Assembly (NCBI GenBank): GCA_910579515.1
Contig: CAJTUV010000009.1
Span: forward strand, 29,837-93,836
Length of the DNA stretch: 64,000 bases
Direction of reading: 5' to 3'
From: an uncultured Hungatella sp.
GTDB lineage: Bacteria > Bacillota > Clostridia > Lachnospirales > Lachnospiraceae
Part shown: positions 37,606-49,666 of the stretch, piece by piece
Layout of the letters: every line of letters begins with the position of its first letter
Position numbering within the stretch: position 1 is the stretch's first letter
The notes under the pieces: generated by a model
Told to the model about the DNA's origin: nothing
The model's input: only the letters and a program-made list of their open reading frames with translations
Database searches by the model: none
Made by a program: the position numbers and the translations under genes

Positions 37606-38523
37606 ATGAAAAACGGTAATACGGCGAAAGCCCAGAGACGCAGACACAAACAGTGGCCGTATCATTTGATGATGCTGCCTGGAATGGTTTTTCTGATCCT
37701 TTTTCATCTGGTGCCCATGGGCGGACTGATGATGGCATTTCAGGATTTTATGCCGATTAAGGGATTGTTCGGCTCGAAATTTGTAGGTCTTAAAAACTTT
37801 GAGCGGTTGTTTAAACTGCCTACTTTTTGGAGAGTTTTAAGAAACACCCTGGTAATATCCGTGGGAAAGCTGGTGTTGGTTATGGTGGCGTCGGTGGTGT
37901 TTGCCCTTTTGTTAAATGAGTGCCGCCATATCAAATACAAGAGGATTATACAGACGACCGTGTATCTGCCTCACTTTCTGTCCTGGGTTATTCTGGCAGT
38001 CATGTTCAGCAACATTTTTTCCTTTACTGGAATTGTGAGCCAGATTGTTCAGCTTTTTGGCGGGGAAGCCACCATGTTTATGATCAGCAACGACTGGTTT
38101 CGAAAGATTCTTATAGGCGGAGAGGTGTGGAAGGAGTTTGGGTATGGGGCCATTGTGTATGTGGCTGCCATCACCAGCATTGATCCCACTCTTTATGAGG
38201 CCGCCGGAATCGACGGGGCGGGAAGGTGGAAGAAAATGTGGTACGTGACCCTTCCCAGCATTATCCCTACCATTGTGCTGATGACGACCTTAAATATCGG
38301 CAAGCTGTTAAAGGGCGGTTTTGATCAGGTGTTTAACTTGTATTCTCCTCTGGTCTATGAGACAGGAGATATCATTGATACCTATGTGTACCGCATGGGG
38401 CTGGTGGATTTGCAGTACAGCAACGGTACGGCGGTTGGTTTGTTCCAGTCTCTTATTGGTTTTCTCCTTCTGGTGATTGCTTATAAGCTGGCGGACAAGC
38501 TGGTCGGCTACCGGCCGTTTTAA
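37606..38523 (+). CDS. Carbohydrate-type ABC permease (LplB-like)
   Basis: YLPHFLSWV; EAA loop LYEAAGIDGAGR. Confidence 0.93.
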   Translation: MKNGNTAKAQRRRHKQWPYHLMMLPGMVFLILFHLVPMGGLMMAFQDFMPIKGLFGSKFVGLKNFERLFKLPTFWRVLRNTLVISVGKLVLVMVASVVFALLLNECRHIKYKRIIQTTVYLPHFLSWVILAVMFSNIFSFTGIVSQIVQLFGGEATMFMISNDWFRKILIGGEVWKEFGYGAIVYVAAITSIDPTLYEAAGIDGAGRWKKMWYVTLPSIIPTIVLMTTLNIGKLLKGGFDQVFNLYSPLVYETGDIIDTYVYRMGLVDLQYSNGTAVGLFQSLIGFLLLVIAYKLADKLVGYRPF

Positions 38524-38534
38524 AGGAGGGGCAG

Positions 38535-39413
38535 ATGAAAAAACTAAAAGCTTCAGACATCTTTATTTATATAGCCCTGCTGTTTTGCGGTCTGATCTGC
38601 CTGATTCCTATTTTGAATACCATCGCTATTTCGTTTAGCGACAGGACCAGCGCGGCTCTGGGAATCGTAAAGCTGTGGCCGGTGAACTTTACTCTGGCTT
38701 CTTACAAAAACATGATGGAAGAGACTCAGTTCTGGGTTTCCTTCATGGTTTCAGTAAAGAGGGTTATCATAGGCGTATCTTTGAATATGGTGGTTACGAT
38801 TTTGACTGCCTACCCTCTTTCTAAGACCAAGTATCAGTTTCGCATGAAGAACATCTATATGTGGATCGTGATTTTCACCATGATGTTTAACGGCGGTTTG
38901 GTGCCTACCTTCATGGTGATCAACAAGCTGAATATGATGGATACCTTCTGGGCTTTGGTGCTTCCTGGAGCGGTTCCTGTGTTTAACGTCATTCTTTTGA
39001 TGAACTTTTTTAAGGGAGTTCCGCCGTCTCTGGAGGAGTCGGCCAGCATCGACGGCGCAGGTCCGTGGACAATTTTGACCCAGGTGTATCTGCCTCTTTC
39101 CAAACCGTCTCTGGCGACCATCGGCCTGTTTTCTGTGGTGAACCACTGGAACTCTTACTTTGACGGAAAGATTTACATCAATTCTGTCAATAAGATGCCG
39201 CTGCAGACTTACATTCAGGCTTTGTCCAGTTCGCTGAATGCGGAGCAGATGGCCATGATGACCGCAGAGGAACTGCAGGAGCAACTGGCAGTTTCCAGCC
39301 TTACCTTTAACTCGGCTAAGGTTGTGGTATCCATGATTCCGATTCTTTTGATTTATCCCTTCTTACAGAAGTATTTCGTCACCGGTATGGTGGTGGGCGC
39401 TGTAAAGGAGTAA
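38535..39413 (+). CDS. Carbohydrate-type ABC permease (LplC-like)
   Basis: FNGGLVP, LEESASIDGA and QKYFVTG..VGAVKE. Confidence 0.93.
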   Translation: MKKLKASDIFIYIALLFCGLICLIPILNTIAISFSDRTSAALGIVKLWPVNFTLASYKNMMEETQFWVSFMVSVKRVIIGVSLNMVVTILTAYPLSKTKYQFRMKNIYMWIVIFTMMFNGGLVPTFMVINKLNMMDTFWALVLPGAVPVFNVILLMNFFKGVPPSLEESASIDGAGPWTILTQVYLPLSKPSLATIGLFSVVNHWNSYFDGKIYINSVNKMPLQTYIQALSSSLNAEQMAMMTAEELQEQLAVSSLTFNSAKVVVSMIPILLIYPFLQKYFVTGMVVGAVKE

Positions 39414-39440
39414 GGACTTGGGAAAGGAGTTTTTAAGATT

Positions 39441-40238
39441 ATGAGCGATATAAAGATACATATACTGGGAAGCTGTTCTGGTACTGAGCCCTATGAAAAC
39501 AGGCATCACACCTCTGTGGCCCTGGAGACAGCGAAAGGGCTGTACTGGCTGGACGCAGGGGAGTGCTGCTCCTATACGGCTTATTTGATGGGCATAGACT
39601 TGTTGAAGACAAGAGGAATTTTTATCTCTCACTGCCACATGGACCACATCGGCGGTCTGGGCAATCTCTTATGGAACATCCGAAAACTGACCGTGGTGGA
39701 GAAGCGCAAAACCTTGGCAGAGAAGATTTCTGTGTTTGTTCCTTACCATGAAAGCTATCAGGCGGTTATGGACCTTCTGGCCCATACGGAGGATGATTTT
39801 GTGTGTAACTATGAACATGAGGGATGCTCAGTACAAGACGGACTTTTGTACCAAGGAGGAGCAGACGAGGACGAGATTCGGGTCCTGGCTCTCCACAACC
39901 ATCATTTGAAACATGAGGAGGGGACGCCCTGGCGTTCCTTCTCCTTCCAGATTGAGGTGATGGGAAGAAAAATCTTCTATTCCGGCGATACAGAACGAGA
40001 GGATTTGGCTGACACAGTGCCAGACGACTGTGATTTGCTGATGATCGAGACGGGACATCATCAGATTGAGCAGATTTGCGACTGCTTGAGAAAGTATCAA
40101 AAGTTCCCGAAAAAACTTCTGTTTATCCACCATGGAGTAAAAATTCTGCAGAACCCAGAGTGGGCAAGGAAAGAACTAAAAAGTCAGTGGGAGGGGGATG
40201 CGCAGATTACCGAGGACAGGATGACTTTGATATTGTAG
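39441..40238 (+). CDS. MBL-fold metallo-hydrolase (RNase Z / phosphodiesterase-like)
   Basis: ILGSCSG, LDAGE, SHCHMDHIGG, YSGDT and IHH. Confidence 0.85.
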   Translation: MSDIKIHILGSCSGTEPYENRHHTSVALETAKGLYWLDAGECCSYTAYLMGIDLLKTRGIFISHCHMDHIGGLGNLLWNIRKLTVVEKRKTLAEKISVFVPYHESYQAVMDLLAHTEDDFVCNYEHEGCSVQDGLLYQGGADEDEIRVLALHNHHLKHEEGTPWRSFSFQIEVMGRKIFYSGDTEREDLADTVPDDCDLLMIETGHHQIEQICDCLRKYQKFPKKLLFIHHGVKILQNPEWARKELKSQWEGDAQITEDRMTLIL

Positions 40239-40240
40239 AA

Positions 40241-40282
40241 ATAAGCACAGGGGCAAAGTTTTTTACTGCCCCTGTGCTTGTT
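40241..40282. terminator. Intrinsic terminator hairpin
   Basis: AAGCACAGGGGCA...TGCCCCTGTGCTT. Confidence 0.75.
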
Positions 40283-40287
40283 TCTGG

Positions 40288-41181
<894 letters not shown>

Positions 41182-41335
41182 AAAGACTTCTATTATGACA
41201 AACTACAGTTTGCATCTCGAATGCCGTGCAGACTGGGATTCTAAGTCCGGGAGCAGCTGGAATTGCCATTTCTGATTTTCAATCAGGTTCTAAAATGTTA
41301 GAACGCCTGAAAGAACGGGTTGGGAGTTGGTTTAT

Positions 41336-41686
41336 ATGAAGAAAAACGGTGAAACTTTGGTGGAAAGCCTTTTGGCTGTTCTTGTCACGGCTTTGGCCGT
41401 ATGTATGTTTTTAAACTTTCTGGCAGTTTCTGACCAGATAATGCGAAAGGGAGAAAAGATAGAAGACAAGTTTTATAAAACCATGTCCCTTTTAGAGACA
41501 ATGGAGGAGGACCAGAGTGGGGAGGAACTTGTGAAAAGCAGTTTGGGAAAAGTGACGGTCGCTGTGAAATCAGACAGCGGCCTTGTTTTTCAGGACGAGA
41601 TTTCGGTACAGGTTTACTACAGCGATGGACTGGCCTCTTACAAATGGAACGAGAGCAGCTTTTCGCATGATAAAAATTATGATTGA
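41336..41686 (+). CDS. Prepilin-type N-terminal cleavage/methylation domain protein (orphan minor pilin-like)
   Basis: MKKNG|ETLVE followed by a hydrophobic helix (G-1, E+5). Confidence 0.7.
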   Translation: MKKNGETLVESLLAVLVTALAVCMFLNFLAVSDQIMRKGEKIEDKFYKTMSLLETMEEDQSGEELVKSSLGKVTVAVKSDSGLVFQDEISVQVYYSDGLASYKWNESSFSHDKNYD

Positions 41687-41757
41687 TTTATAAATCAATA
41701 TCGAGTATATTATGTAATAGATTGATTCAGGACAGACTGGAAGGAGCAGTAAGAGAT

Positions 41758-42789
41758 ATGATTAAGGTAGCGTTGGATGCCATGGGCGGTGACTTTGCCC
41801 CAGCAGAAGCGGTTAAGGGAGCCATTGCGGCGGTTTCAAAGAAGGATCAGCTTCAGGTTTTGCTGGTAGGGCAGCAGGAGGTAATTGAAAAGGAGCTGGA
41901 GAAGTTTTCTTATCCAAAAGAGCAGATTCTTGTAGTCCATGCGTCTGAGGTGATTGAAACGGAAGAGCCGCCTGTCAACGCGATCCGAAAGAAAAAGGAT
42001 TCCTCCATTGTGGTAGGCATGAACCTGGTAAAAAAGAAGGAAGCAGATGCCTTTGTGTCAGCTGGAAGCTCCGGTGCGATTTTGGTGGGCGGTCAGGTGA
42101 TTGTGGGAAGGATAAAGGGAGTGGAGCGTCCGCCCCTTGCGCCTTTGATTCCCACACAAAAGGGCGTGTCTTTGCTCATTGACTGCGGAGCCAATGTGGA
42201 TGCCAGACCTTCTCATCTGGTGCAATTTGCAAAGATGGGTTCTATTTACATGGAGCATGTCATAGGCATGAAGTATCCAAGAGTAGCCATTGTCAACATC
42301 GGCGCAGAGGAGGAGAAGGGAAATGCCTTAGTGAAGGAGACGTTCCCGCTTTTGAAAGCCTGTAAAGACATCAATTTTATTGGCAGCATTGAGGCCAGGG
42401 AGATTCCTCATGGTCAGGCCGACGTGATCGTCAGCGAGGCCTTTGTGGGCAATGTCATTTTAAAGCTGTATGAGGGCGTTGGGGGAACTTTGATTGGCAT
42501 GGTGAAGCAGGGAATGATGACATCCTTAAGAAGTAAGATCGGAGCATTGCTTGTGAAACCGGCTTTGAAGGAAACCTTAAAGGCCTTTGACGCCAGCCAG
42601 TATGGAGGCGCGCCGCTTTTAGGACTTAATGGGCTTGTGGTGAAGACCCATGGCAATTCCAAAGCAGGCGAGATCTGCAATTCGATCCTTCAATGTCAAA
42701 CCTTTAAAGAACAAGGGATTAATGACAAGATCAGGGAGAGTTTGCAATCTGAGTCTGTAAAAACCGGAGATGCTCAACCGGAACAATAA
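41758..42789 (+). CDS. plsX: Phosphate acyltransferase
   Basis: ALDAMGGDFAP, DCGANVD, NIGAEEEKGN and YGGAPLLG. Confidence 0.96.
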   Translation: MIKVALDAMGGDFAPAEAVKGAIAAVSKKDQLQVLLVGQQEVIEKELEKFSYPKEQILVVHASEVIETEEPPVNAIRKKKDSSIVVGMNLVKKKEADAFVSAGSSGAILVGGQVIVGRIKGVERPPLAPLIPTQKGVSLLIDCGANVDARPSHLVQFAKMGSIYMEHVIGMKYPRVAIVNIGAEEEKGNALVKETFPLLKACKDINFIGSIEAREIPHGQADVIVSEAFVGNVILKLYEGVGGTLIGMVKQGMMTSLRSKIGALLVKPALKETLKAFDASQYGGAPLLGLNGLVVKTHGNSKAGEICNSILQCQTFKEQGINDKIRESLQSESVKTGDAQPEQ

Positions 42790-42827
42790 ATTAATTTTTT
42801 ATAAAGAAAGAGAGGAAGGGTTTTATT

Positions 42828-43058
42828 ATGGAATTTGAAAAGTTACAGGGGATTATCGCAGAGGTACTGAATGTGGAGGCAGAGGAGATCTCCATGGCTA
42901 CCACCTTCGTGGATGATTTGGGAGCGGACTCCCTGGACGTTTTCCAGATTATTATGGGTATTGAGGAGGAATTTGATATTGAGATTCCTCAGGAGGCTGC
43001 AGAGCACATTGTCACAGTGGGAGACGCTGTGGAGCAGATCAAAAATGCATTAGGCTAA
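42828..43058 (+). CDS. acpP: Acyl carrier protein
   Basis: DLGADSLD motif. Confidence 0.96.
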   Translation: MEFEKLQGIIAEVLNVEAEEISMATTFVDDLGADSLDVFQIIMGIEEEFDIEIPQEAAEHIVTVGDAVEQIKNALG

Positions 43059-43171
43059 ACAGGCTAAAATAAACGCTGCAGCCTTTTTTCAGAGAAAATG
43101 GCTGTGGCGTTTCCATATCAACAGGGGGAGAGCCGTCTGGGGATTGGCGGCCAGACAGAATGGAGAGAAGA

Positions 43172-43858
43172 ATGAACAGGGATTTGAGAGAATTGGAGAA
43201 GAGTATCCAGTATCAATTTAAGAACAGACGGTTGTTCCGTCAGGCAATGATTCACAGTTCCTACGCTAATGAGCATAAGATGGACAAAACAGGCTGTAAT
43301 GAGAGGCTGGAGTTTTTGGGGGATGCGGTTTTGGAAGTGGTGTCCAGTGATTTTTTGTTTCACAAATACGGACAGGCTCCAGAAGGGGATCTGACCAAGA
43401 TTCGTGCCAGCATTGTATGCGAGCCGACCTTGGCTCTGTGCGCCGGAGAGCTTAATTTAGGGGAATATCTTCTTTTAGGAAAAGGAGAGGAAGCCACAGG
43501 CGGCCGGCATAGAAATTCTATTGTGTCGGATGCGATGGAGGCATTAATCGGAGCGATTTATCTGGATGGTGGTTTTGCTAGTGCAAAAGAGTTTATCCAC
43601 AGCTTTGTATTGAACGATATAGAACATAAGCAGCTCTTTTATGATAGCAAGACTATTTTACAGGAGATGGTACAGAGCATGGGAGAGGAAAGCCTTTCTT
43701 ATGAGCTTGTGAGAGAGGATGGGCCGGACCATGACAAGACCTTTGAGGTGAAGGCAAAACTTGGAGACAGGGAGATTGGCTGGGGAATCGGAAGAACGAA
43801 AAAGGCGGCGGAGGCACTGGCTGCTTATCGGGGAATTCTGAAATTAAAGAAATCGTAG
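43172..43858 (+). CDS. rnc: Ribonuclease III
   Basis: NERLEFLGDAVL and DAMEALIGAIYLD; C-terminal dsRBD. Confidence 0.97.
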   Translation: MNRDLRELEKSIQYQFKNRRLFRQAMIHSSYANEHKMDKTGCNERLEFLGDAVLEVVSSDFLFHKYGQAPEGDLTKIRASIVCEPTLALCAGELNLGEYLLLGKGEEATGGRHRNSIVSDAMEALIGAIYLDGGFASAKEFIHSFVLNDIEHKQLFYDSKTILQEMVQSMGEESLSYELVREDGPDHDKTFEVKAKLGDREIGWGIGRTKKAAEALAAYRGILKLKKS

Positions 43859-43865
43859 GTGTTGT

Positions 43866-46800
43866 ATGTATTTAAAGAGCATAGAGGTACAGGGCTTTAA
43901 ATCCTTTGCCAACAAGATTGTGTTTGAGTTTCACAACGGCATCACTGGGATTGTAGGACCTAACGGAAGCGGCAAAAGCAATGTGGCGGATGCGGTGCGG
44001 TGGGTCCTGGGCGAGCAGAGAATCAAGCAGCTTCGGGGAGCCAGTATGCAGGATGTGATTTTTTCCGGCACAGAGACCAGAAAGCCTCAGGGGTTTGCCT
44101 ATGTAGCCATCACACTGGACAATTCGGACCGTCAGCTTGCTATCGACTATGAGCAGGTCACGGTAGCCAGGCGGATTTATCGGTCAGGGGAAAGCGAGTA
44201 CATGATCAATGGAAGCGCCTGTCGTTTAAAAGATGTGAACGAGCTGTTTTACGATACTGGTATCGGTAAGGAAGGGTATTCTATTATCGGTCAGGGCCAG
44301 ATTGACAAGATCTTAAACGGAAAACCGGAGGAGCGCCGGGAGCTGTTTGACGAGGCGGCTGGAATCGTAAAGTTTAAGAGACGCAAAAACATAGCACAGA
44401 AAAAGCTGGAAAATGAGAGACAGAACCTGGTCCGAGTGTCGGATATTTTAGCAGAACTGGAGAAACAGGTAGGGCCTCTTGCCAGACAGTCTGAGGCGGC
44501 CAGGGAGTATCTGCGGCTGCGAGAGGAGCTAAGAAGCTATGAGGTGAATCTGTTTCTGGCAGAAAGTCAGGCGTTAAAGCTTCAGCTGGGCGAGATAGGA
44601 CAAAAGGAAGCGATTGTATCTGGAGACCTTGACGAAGCCAGAAAAGAGTCGGACCAGATCAAAGCCACTTATGAGGAGCTGGAACAGGTTTTAGAGGATT
44701 TAAACCGTCAGATGGAGGAGAGCCGAAGCCAGAAAAACCAGGCTGGGCTGTTAAAGGGAAATTTAGAAGGTCAGATTAATGTTTTGCTGGAGCAGATCAA
44801 TACAGAACGGATGAACGCAGAGCATTTAAGCTCCAGAATCAGGGCGATCGACCAGGAGCTTAAGGACAGGGAAGTTCAGATTGAACGGTATCAGCTGGAA
44901 AATTCGGAACTGACGAATCAGGCAGAGGAAAGCTTAAAAAAGCAGGAAGAGGCTGAGGAGAAGCTCAGGCAGGAAGACGAGCATATCATGCTTCTGGAAG
45001 AAAAGATGGAGACCGACAAAGGGGGAATCATCGCAATCCTTAACGAGAAGGCATCCTTGACTGCAAAGCAGCAGAGGTATGAGACCATGCTGGAACAGGT
45101 CCAGGTCCGCCACTCAGAGATTGCCCAGAAGCTTTTAAAGTCGAAAAGCGACGAGTCGGTTCAGGAGGAGCAGAAGAAAGAGGAGCAGGCCCGCCTACAG
45201 CAGGTGAAAAAGGCTCTTGAGGAGCTTTTGGCAGCTCAGGAGGCAGGGGAGGCAGAAACTGTCCGCCTGGAGTCGGAAGTGCGGCGGCTGAATCGGAATG
45301 TGAATCAGCAGCAGCAGGAGTACCACACAGATTATACCAAACTGGAATCTCTTAAGAATCTGGCGGAACGGTATGAAGGTTATGGAAACAGCATTCGCAG
45401 GGTAATGGAAGTAAGGGATCGGGTCCATGGGATTCACGGTGTGGTGGCGGACTTGATCACAACTCAGAAAGAATATGAGACTGCCATTGAGACTGCCCTT
45501 GGGGGCAATATCCAGAATATTGTGACGGATTCTGAGGCATCTGCAAAGCAGCTGATTGAGTATCTGAAGAAGAATCGGTATGGCAGAGCCACCTTCCTTC
45601 CGCTGACAAGCGTAAGCAGCCGAGGCGGTTTTAGTCAGGAAAACGCACTGAAGGAGCCTGGAGTCATTGGCCTGGCAAGTGATTTGGTACAGGCGGACAA
45701 GCAGTATGAGGGCCTGGTCCGGTATCTTTTGGGGCGGGTGGTGGTGACAGATAACATTGACCACGCCATTTCCCTGGCGAGAAAATACCAGCACTCCCTT
45801 CGAATTGTGACACTGGAAGGGGAACTATTAAGTCCTGGCGGGTCCATGACCGGCGGAGCATTTAAAAACAGCAGCAATCTCCTGGGCAGAAAAAGGGAGA
45901 TTGAGGAGCTGGAGGGGAAATGTGAAAAAGCGTTAAAAATGGCAGAGAAGCTTCAACAGGAGCTGGATTTGAACGAGGGGCTTTTAGCCGGACAGAGGGA
46001 AGAACTGGAACGGATAAAAGGAGAGCAGCAAAAGGCTTATCTGGAGCAGAATACCATAGAGATGGAGATTTCCAAGCTGGAAGATAAGATTCAGGAGATT
46101 TCGGACTCTGCCAGCGATTTTGTGCTGGAGAACCGACAGTTAGAGGAACAGCTTGGGGAGATACGAAAGAATCAGCAGACTCTGGCTTTGGAGATTGGAG
46201 CTCTGGAGGAGAAAAATGAAGGGATTCAAAAGGAAATAGAGGATGTTAATCTTCAGATAGAGACTGCCAGGGAAGGCAGAGAAGCGTTGTCTAAAGCGTT
46301 GTCTGTCATTCAGCTGGAGACAGCTAATTTACAGCAGAAGTACGAGTTTGTGTTGGAAAACGTGAATCGTGTCCGTGAGGAGATGGGGCGTTTGAAGGCG
46401 GAAAAGGGCCAGTTGTCTCACGGAAATGACGGAAGCGGTCAGGCGATTGCAGCAAAGCAGCAGGAGATCGAAAGGATTAAGGAACAGATTCTTAAGTCTG
46501 CCAGGCAGATTGAGGATCTGGAAGGGCAGCTGTCTGAGCGGATTTCTCAGAGAGAGGAAAAGTCCAGGCAGCAGAAAGGACTGTTTGAGAAGCGGGAAGA
46601 GCTGTCTGAGCGGATGGGCAGGCTGGATAAGGATTTATTTCGTCTCCAGAGTCAGCAGGAGAAGCTGGAAGAAAAGCTGGAAAACCAGGTCAACTACATG
46701 TGGAGCGAGTACGAATTGACGTATTCCACAGCTCAGGCATTGAAAAATGAGGAGATGAATTCCATTCCGGACATGAGAAAGCAGACGGAGAAGTTAAAGT

Positions 46801-47426
46801 CAGCCATCAAGGGGCTGGGAAACGTGAATGTAAATGCCATTGAGGATTACAAGGAGGTTTCCAGCCGGTATGAGTTTATGAAGAGTCAGCATGAAGATTT
46901 GATCCAGGCTGAGGAGGCGCTTCTTAAGATCATCGACGAACTGGACAGTGGAATGCGCAGGCAGTTTGGAGAGAAATTCAAGGAGATCCGTCAGGAGTTT
47001 GACAAGGTCTTTCGCGAGCTGTTTGGCGGCGGTCACGGCGCTCTGGAGCTGGTGGAGGGAGAGGATATTCTGGAGGCGGGAATACAGATTATCGCTCAGC
47101 CACCTGGCAAGAAGCTGCAGAATATGATGCAGCTTTCCGGCGGGGAGAAGGCTTTGACAGCCATTGCACTGTTGTTTGCCATTCAGAATTTAAAGCCGTC
47201 TCCGTTTTGTCTTCTCGATGAAATTGAGGCGGCCTTGGATGACTCTAACGTGGACCGGTTTGCCGGATATTTACATAAGCTTACAAAGTACACCCAATTT
47301 ATTGTCATTACCCACCGGAGAGGCACCATGGTGGCTGCGGACAGGCTGTATGGTATCACCATGCAGGAAAAGGGGGTATCCACCTTGGTGTCTGTAAGCT
47401 TAATTGAGGGGGATTTGGAGGAGTAG
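43866..47426 (+). CDS. smc: Chromosome segregation protein SMC
   Basis: GPNGSGKSN, hinge [13 protein letters not shown] and [10 protein letters not shown]. Confidence 0.98.
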   Translation: MYLKSIEVQGFKSFANKIVFEFHNGITGIVGPNGSGKSNVADAVRWVLGEQRIKQLRGASMQDVIFSGTETRKPQGFAYVAITLDNSDRQLAIDYEQVTVARRIYRSGESEYMINGSACRLKDVNELFYDTGIGKEGYSIIGQGQIDKILNGKPEERRELFDEAAGIVKFKRRKNIAQKKLENERQNLVRVSDILAELEKQVGPLARQSEAAREYLRLREELRSYEVNLFLAESQALKLQLGEIGQKEAIVSGDLDEARKESDQIKATYEELEQVLEDLNRQMEESRSQKNQAGLLKGNLEGQINVLLEQINTERMNAEHLSSRIRAIDQELKDREVQIERYQLENSELTNQAEESLKKQEEAEEKLRQEDEHIMLLEEKMETDKGGIIAILNEKASLTAKQQRYETMLEQVQVRHSEIAQKLLKSKSDESVQEEQKKEEQARLQQVKKALEELLAAQEAGEAETVRLESEVRRLNRNVNQQQQEYHTDYTKLESLKNLAERYEGYGNSIRRVMEVRDRVHGIHGVVADLITTQKEYETAIETALGGNIQNIVTDSEASAKQLIEYLKKNRYGRATFLPLTSVSSRGGFSQENALKEPGVIGLASDLVQADKQYEGLVRYLLGRVVVTDNIDHAISLARKYQHSLRIVTLEGELLSPGGSMTGGAFKNSSNLLGRKREIEELEGKCEKALKMAEKLQQELDLNEGLLAGQREELERIKGEQQKAYLEQNTIEMEISKLEDKIQEISDSASDFVLENRQLEEQLGEIRKNQQTLALEIGALEEKNEGIQKEIEDVNLQIETAREGREALSKALSVIQLETANLQQKYEFVLENVNRVREEMGRLKAEKGQLSHGNDGSGQAIAAKQQEIERIKEQILKSARQIEDLEGQLSERISQREEKSRQQKGLFEKREELSERMGRLDKDLFRLQSQQEKLEEKLENQVNYMWSEYELTYSTAQALKNEEMNSIPDMRKQTEKLKSAIKGLGNVNVNAIEDYKEVSSRYEFMKSQHEDLIQAEEALLKIIDELDSGMRRQFGEKFKEIRQEFDKVFRELFGGGHGALELVEGEDILEAGIQIIAQPPGKKLQNMMQLSGGEKALTAIALLFAIQNLKPSPFCLLDEIEAALDDSNVDRFAGYLHKLTKYTQFIVITHRRGTMVAADRLYGITMQEKGVSTLVSVSLIEGDLEE

Positions 47427-47448
47427 AAAAGGAAGGGAGAGTGTAAAT

Positions 47449-48378
47449 ATGGCAGAAGGGAAAAAGGGATTTTTCGGAAGGCTGGTTGAGGGGCTGGCAA
47501 AGACCAGAGACAATATTGTGTCTGGCATGGACTCTATTTTTAATGGGTTCTCCGCCATTGACGATGATTTCTATGAGGAGATTGAGGAGACTTTAATCAT
47601 GGGGGATCTGGGAATCCAGACCACCATGTCGGTTGTGGAGGATTTGAGGGCCAAGGTGAAGGAGCAGCATATTAAGGAGCCTTCAGAGTGTAAGGCCATT
47701 CTCATGGAGAGCATGAAGCAGCAGATGGACTTAGGGGAGAATGCTTATGAGTTTGAGAATCGGCGTTCCGTGGTTTTGGTCATCGGGGTCAACGGAGTGG
47801 GAAAAACCACTTCTGTGGGAAAACTGGCAGGGCAGTTAAAGGACAACGGCAAGAAGGTGATTTTAGCGGCTGCAGATACGTTTCGGGCGGCAGCGATTGA
47901 GCAGTTGACGGAATGGTCTAACAGGGCGGGGGTGGAGATTATCGCCCAGCAGGAAGGGTCTGATCCAGCTGCAGTCATCTATGACGCCGTGGCTGCGGCC
48001 AAGTCCAGAAAGGCGGATGTGCTGATCTGTGATACGGCCGGACGTCTTCACAACAAGAAGAATCTGATGGAAGAGTTAAAGAAAATTAACCGGATTATTG
48101 ACAAGGAGTATCCAGAGGCGTATCGGGAGACTTTGGTAGTACTTGACGGCACTACAGGCCAGAACGCTCTGTCTCAGGCCAAACAATTTATGGAAGTGGC
48201 TGAGGTGACGGGAATCATTCTGACGAAACTGGACGGAACGGCAAAAGGGGGAATTGCTGTGGCTATTCAGTCTGAATTGGGGCTTCCGGTGAAATATATC
48301 GGCATCGGGGAGAAGATTGACGATCTGCAGAAGTTCAACGCAGAACAGTTTATCAACGCCTTGTTTCATGTAGGGTGA
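47449..48378 (+). CDS. ftsY: SRP receptor FtsY
   Basis: [21 protein letters not shown] and [10 protein letters not shown]. Confidence 0.97.
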   Translation: MAEGKKGFFGRLVEGLAKTRDNIVSGMDSIFNGFSAIDDDFYEEIEETLIMGDLGIQTTMSVVEDLRAKVKEQHIKEPSECKAILMESMKQQMDLGENAYEFENRRSVVLVIGVNGVGKTTSVGKLAGQLKDNGKKVILAAADTFRAAAIEQLTEWSNRAGVEIIAQQEGSDPAAVIYDAVAAAKSRKADVLICDTAGRLHNKKNLMEELKKINRIIDKEYPEAYRETLVVLDGTTGQNALSQAKQFMEVAEVTGIILTKLDGTAKGGIAVAIQSELGLPVKYIGIGEKIDDLQKFNAEQFINALFHVG

Positions 48379-48424
48379 TAAAAGGGGAAGACAATGTTCC
48401 AGAGAGAAAAGGAGATGTTTGACA

Positions 48425-49642
48425 ATGATGACAATCGAGAGTTTTGAGGAAGCGGCGGAGGTGGTCGGCAAAGTAACCCAGGAAACGAAACTGGTTTACA
48501 GCCAGTACTACTCAGAGCAGACAGGAAATAAAGTGTATTTTAAGCCGGAAAATATGCAGGCTACAGGGGCTTATAAGGTGAGAGGCGCTTATTACAAAAT
48601 CAGCACTTTGACAGAGGAGGAACGGCAAAAAGGGCTTATCGCCGCTTCGGCAGGCAATCATGCTCAAGGCGTGGCTTATGCGGCGGGGCTTATGGGGGTT
48701 CCTGCCACCATTGTGATGCCTACTCCTACGCCTCTGATCAAGATTAACAGAACCAAGAGCTATGGGGCTTTTGTGGTTTTGGCCGGAGAGATTTTTGACG
48801 AGGCTTGTGAGACTGCCTACAGCCTGGCAGAGGAGAAGGGGCTTACCTTTGTCCATCCTTTTGATGATCTGGCTGTGGCTACAGGACAGGGAACCATTGC
48901 CATGGAGATTATAAAGGAGCTTCCTACTGTGGACTATATTTTGGTCCCTATCGGCGGAGGCGGCCTGTGTGCGGGAGTCGCTACCCTGGCAAAGCTTTTA
49001 AATCCTAAGATTAAGGTCATCGGCGTGGAGCCGGCAGGCGCCAACTGTATGCAGGAGTCTTTGAAGGCCGGACATGTGGTGGAGATTCCTTCTGTGAGTA
49101 CCATTGCAGACGGCACTGCAGTGAAATGTCCAGGAGAAAACATTTTTCCATATATTCAGGAGAATGTGGACGACATTATTACCGTGGACGACAGCGAACT
49201 GATTGTGGCTTTTTTAGACATGGTGGAGAATCACAAGATGATTGTGGAAAATTCGGGGCTTCTGACAGTTGCAGCATTAAAGCATCTGAATGTAAAGAAG
49301 AAAAAGATTGTGTCTGTGCTTAGCGGCGGTAACATGGATGTGATTACCATGGCGTCGATTGTCCAGCATGGTCTGATCCAAAGGGACAGGGTGTTTACCG
49401 TGTCTGTACTTCTGCCAGATAAGCCGGGAGAACTTGCCAAGGTGTCTGCTCTTCTCGCCCAGGAGCGGGGCAATGTGATTAAGCTGGATCACAACCAGTT
49501 TATCAGTATCAACCGAAATGCCGCAGTGGAGCTTAGGATCACCATAGAGGCTTATGGGACAGAGCACAAAAACGCTATTGTTCAGGCGTTAAATGATGCG
49601 GGATACCGCCCGAAGCTGGTGAAGACGACAGGGACATACTAA
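48425..49642 (+). CDS. ilvA: Threonine ammonia-lyase with an ACT domain
   Basis: ENMQ.TGAYKVRG, SAGNHAQG, PIGGGGL and SGGN. Confidence 0.92.
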   Translation: MMTIESFEEAAEVVGKVTQETKLVYSQYYSEQTGNKVYFKPENMQATGAYKVRGAYYKISTLTEEERQKGLIAASAGNHAQGVAYAAGLMGVPATIVMPTPTPLIKINRTKSYGAFVVLAGEIFDEACETAYSLAEEKGLTFVHPFDDLAVATGQGTIAMEIIKELPTVDYILVPIGGGGLCAGVATLAKLLNPKIKVIGVEPAGANCMQESLKAGHVVEIPSVSTIADGTAVKCPGENIFPYIQENVDDIITVDDSELIVAFLDMVENHKMIVENSGLLTVAALKHLNVKKKKIVSVLSGGNMDVITMASIVQHGLIQRDRVFTVSVLLPDKPGELAKVSALLAQERGNVIKLDHNQFISINRNAAVELRITIEAYGTEHKNAIVQALNDAGYRPKLVKTTGTY

Positions 49643-49666
49643 AATAAAAGCTTCAGGGGTAGAGAG

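Noticed and set aside
41182..41335. c-di-GMP-I riboswitch or BglG RAT site upstream of the pilin-like gene
   Set aside because: Only a vague resemblance (TCTAAGTCC...TTGCC). The GAAA tetraloop stem and the RAT consensus are absent, and a coding remnant explains the region better
43866..47426. SMC-like defence system (Wadjet or Lamassu)
   Set aside because: It is canonical housekeeping smc in rnc-smc-ftsY synteny, with a normal hinge and no partner genes
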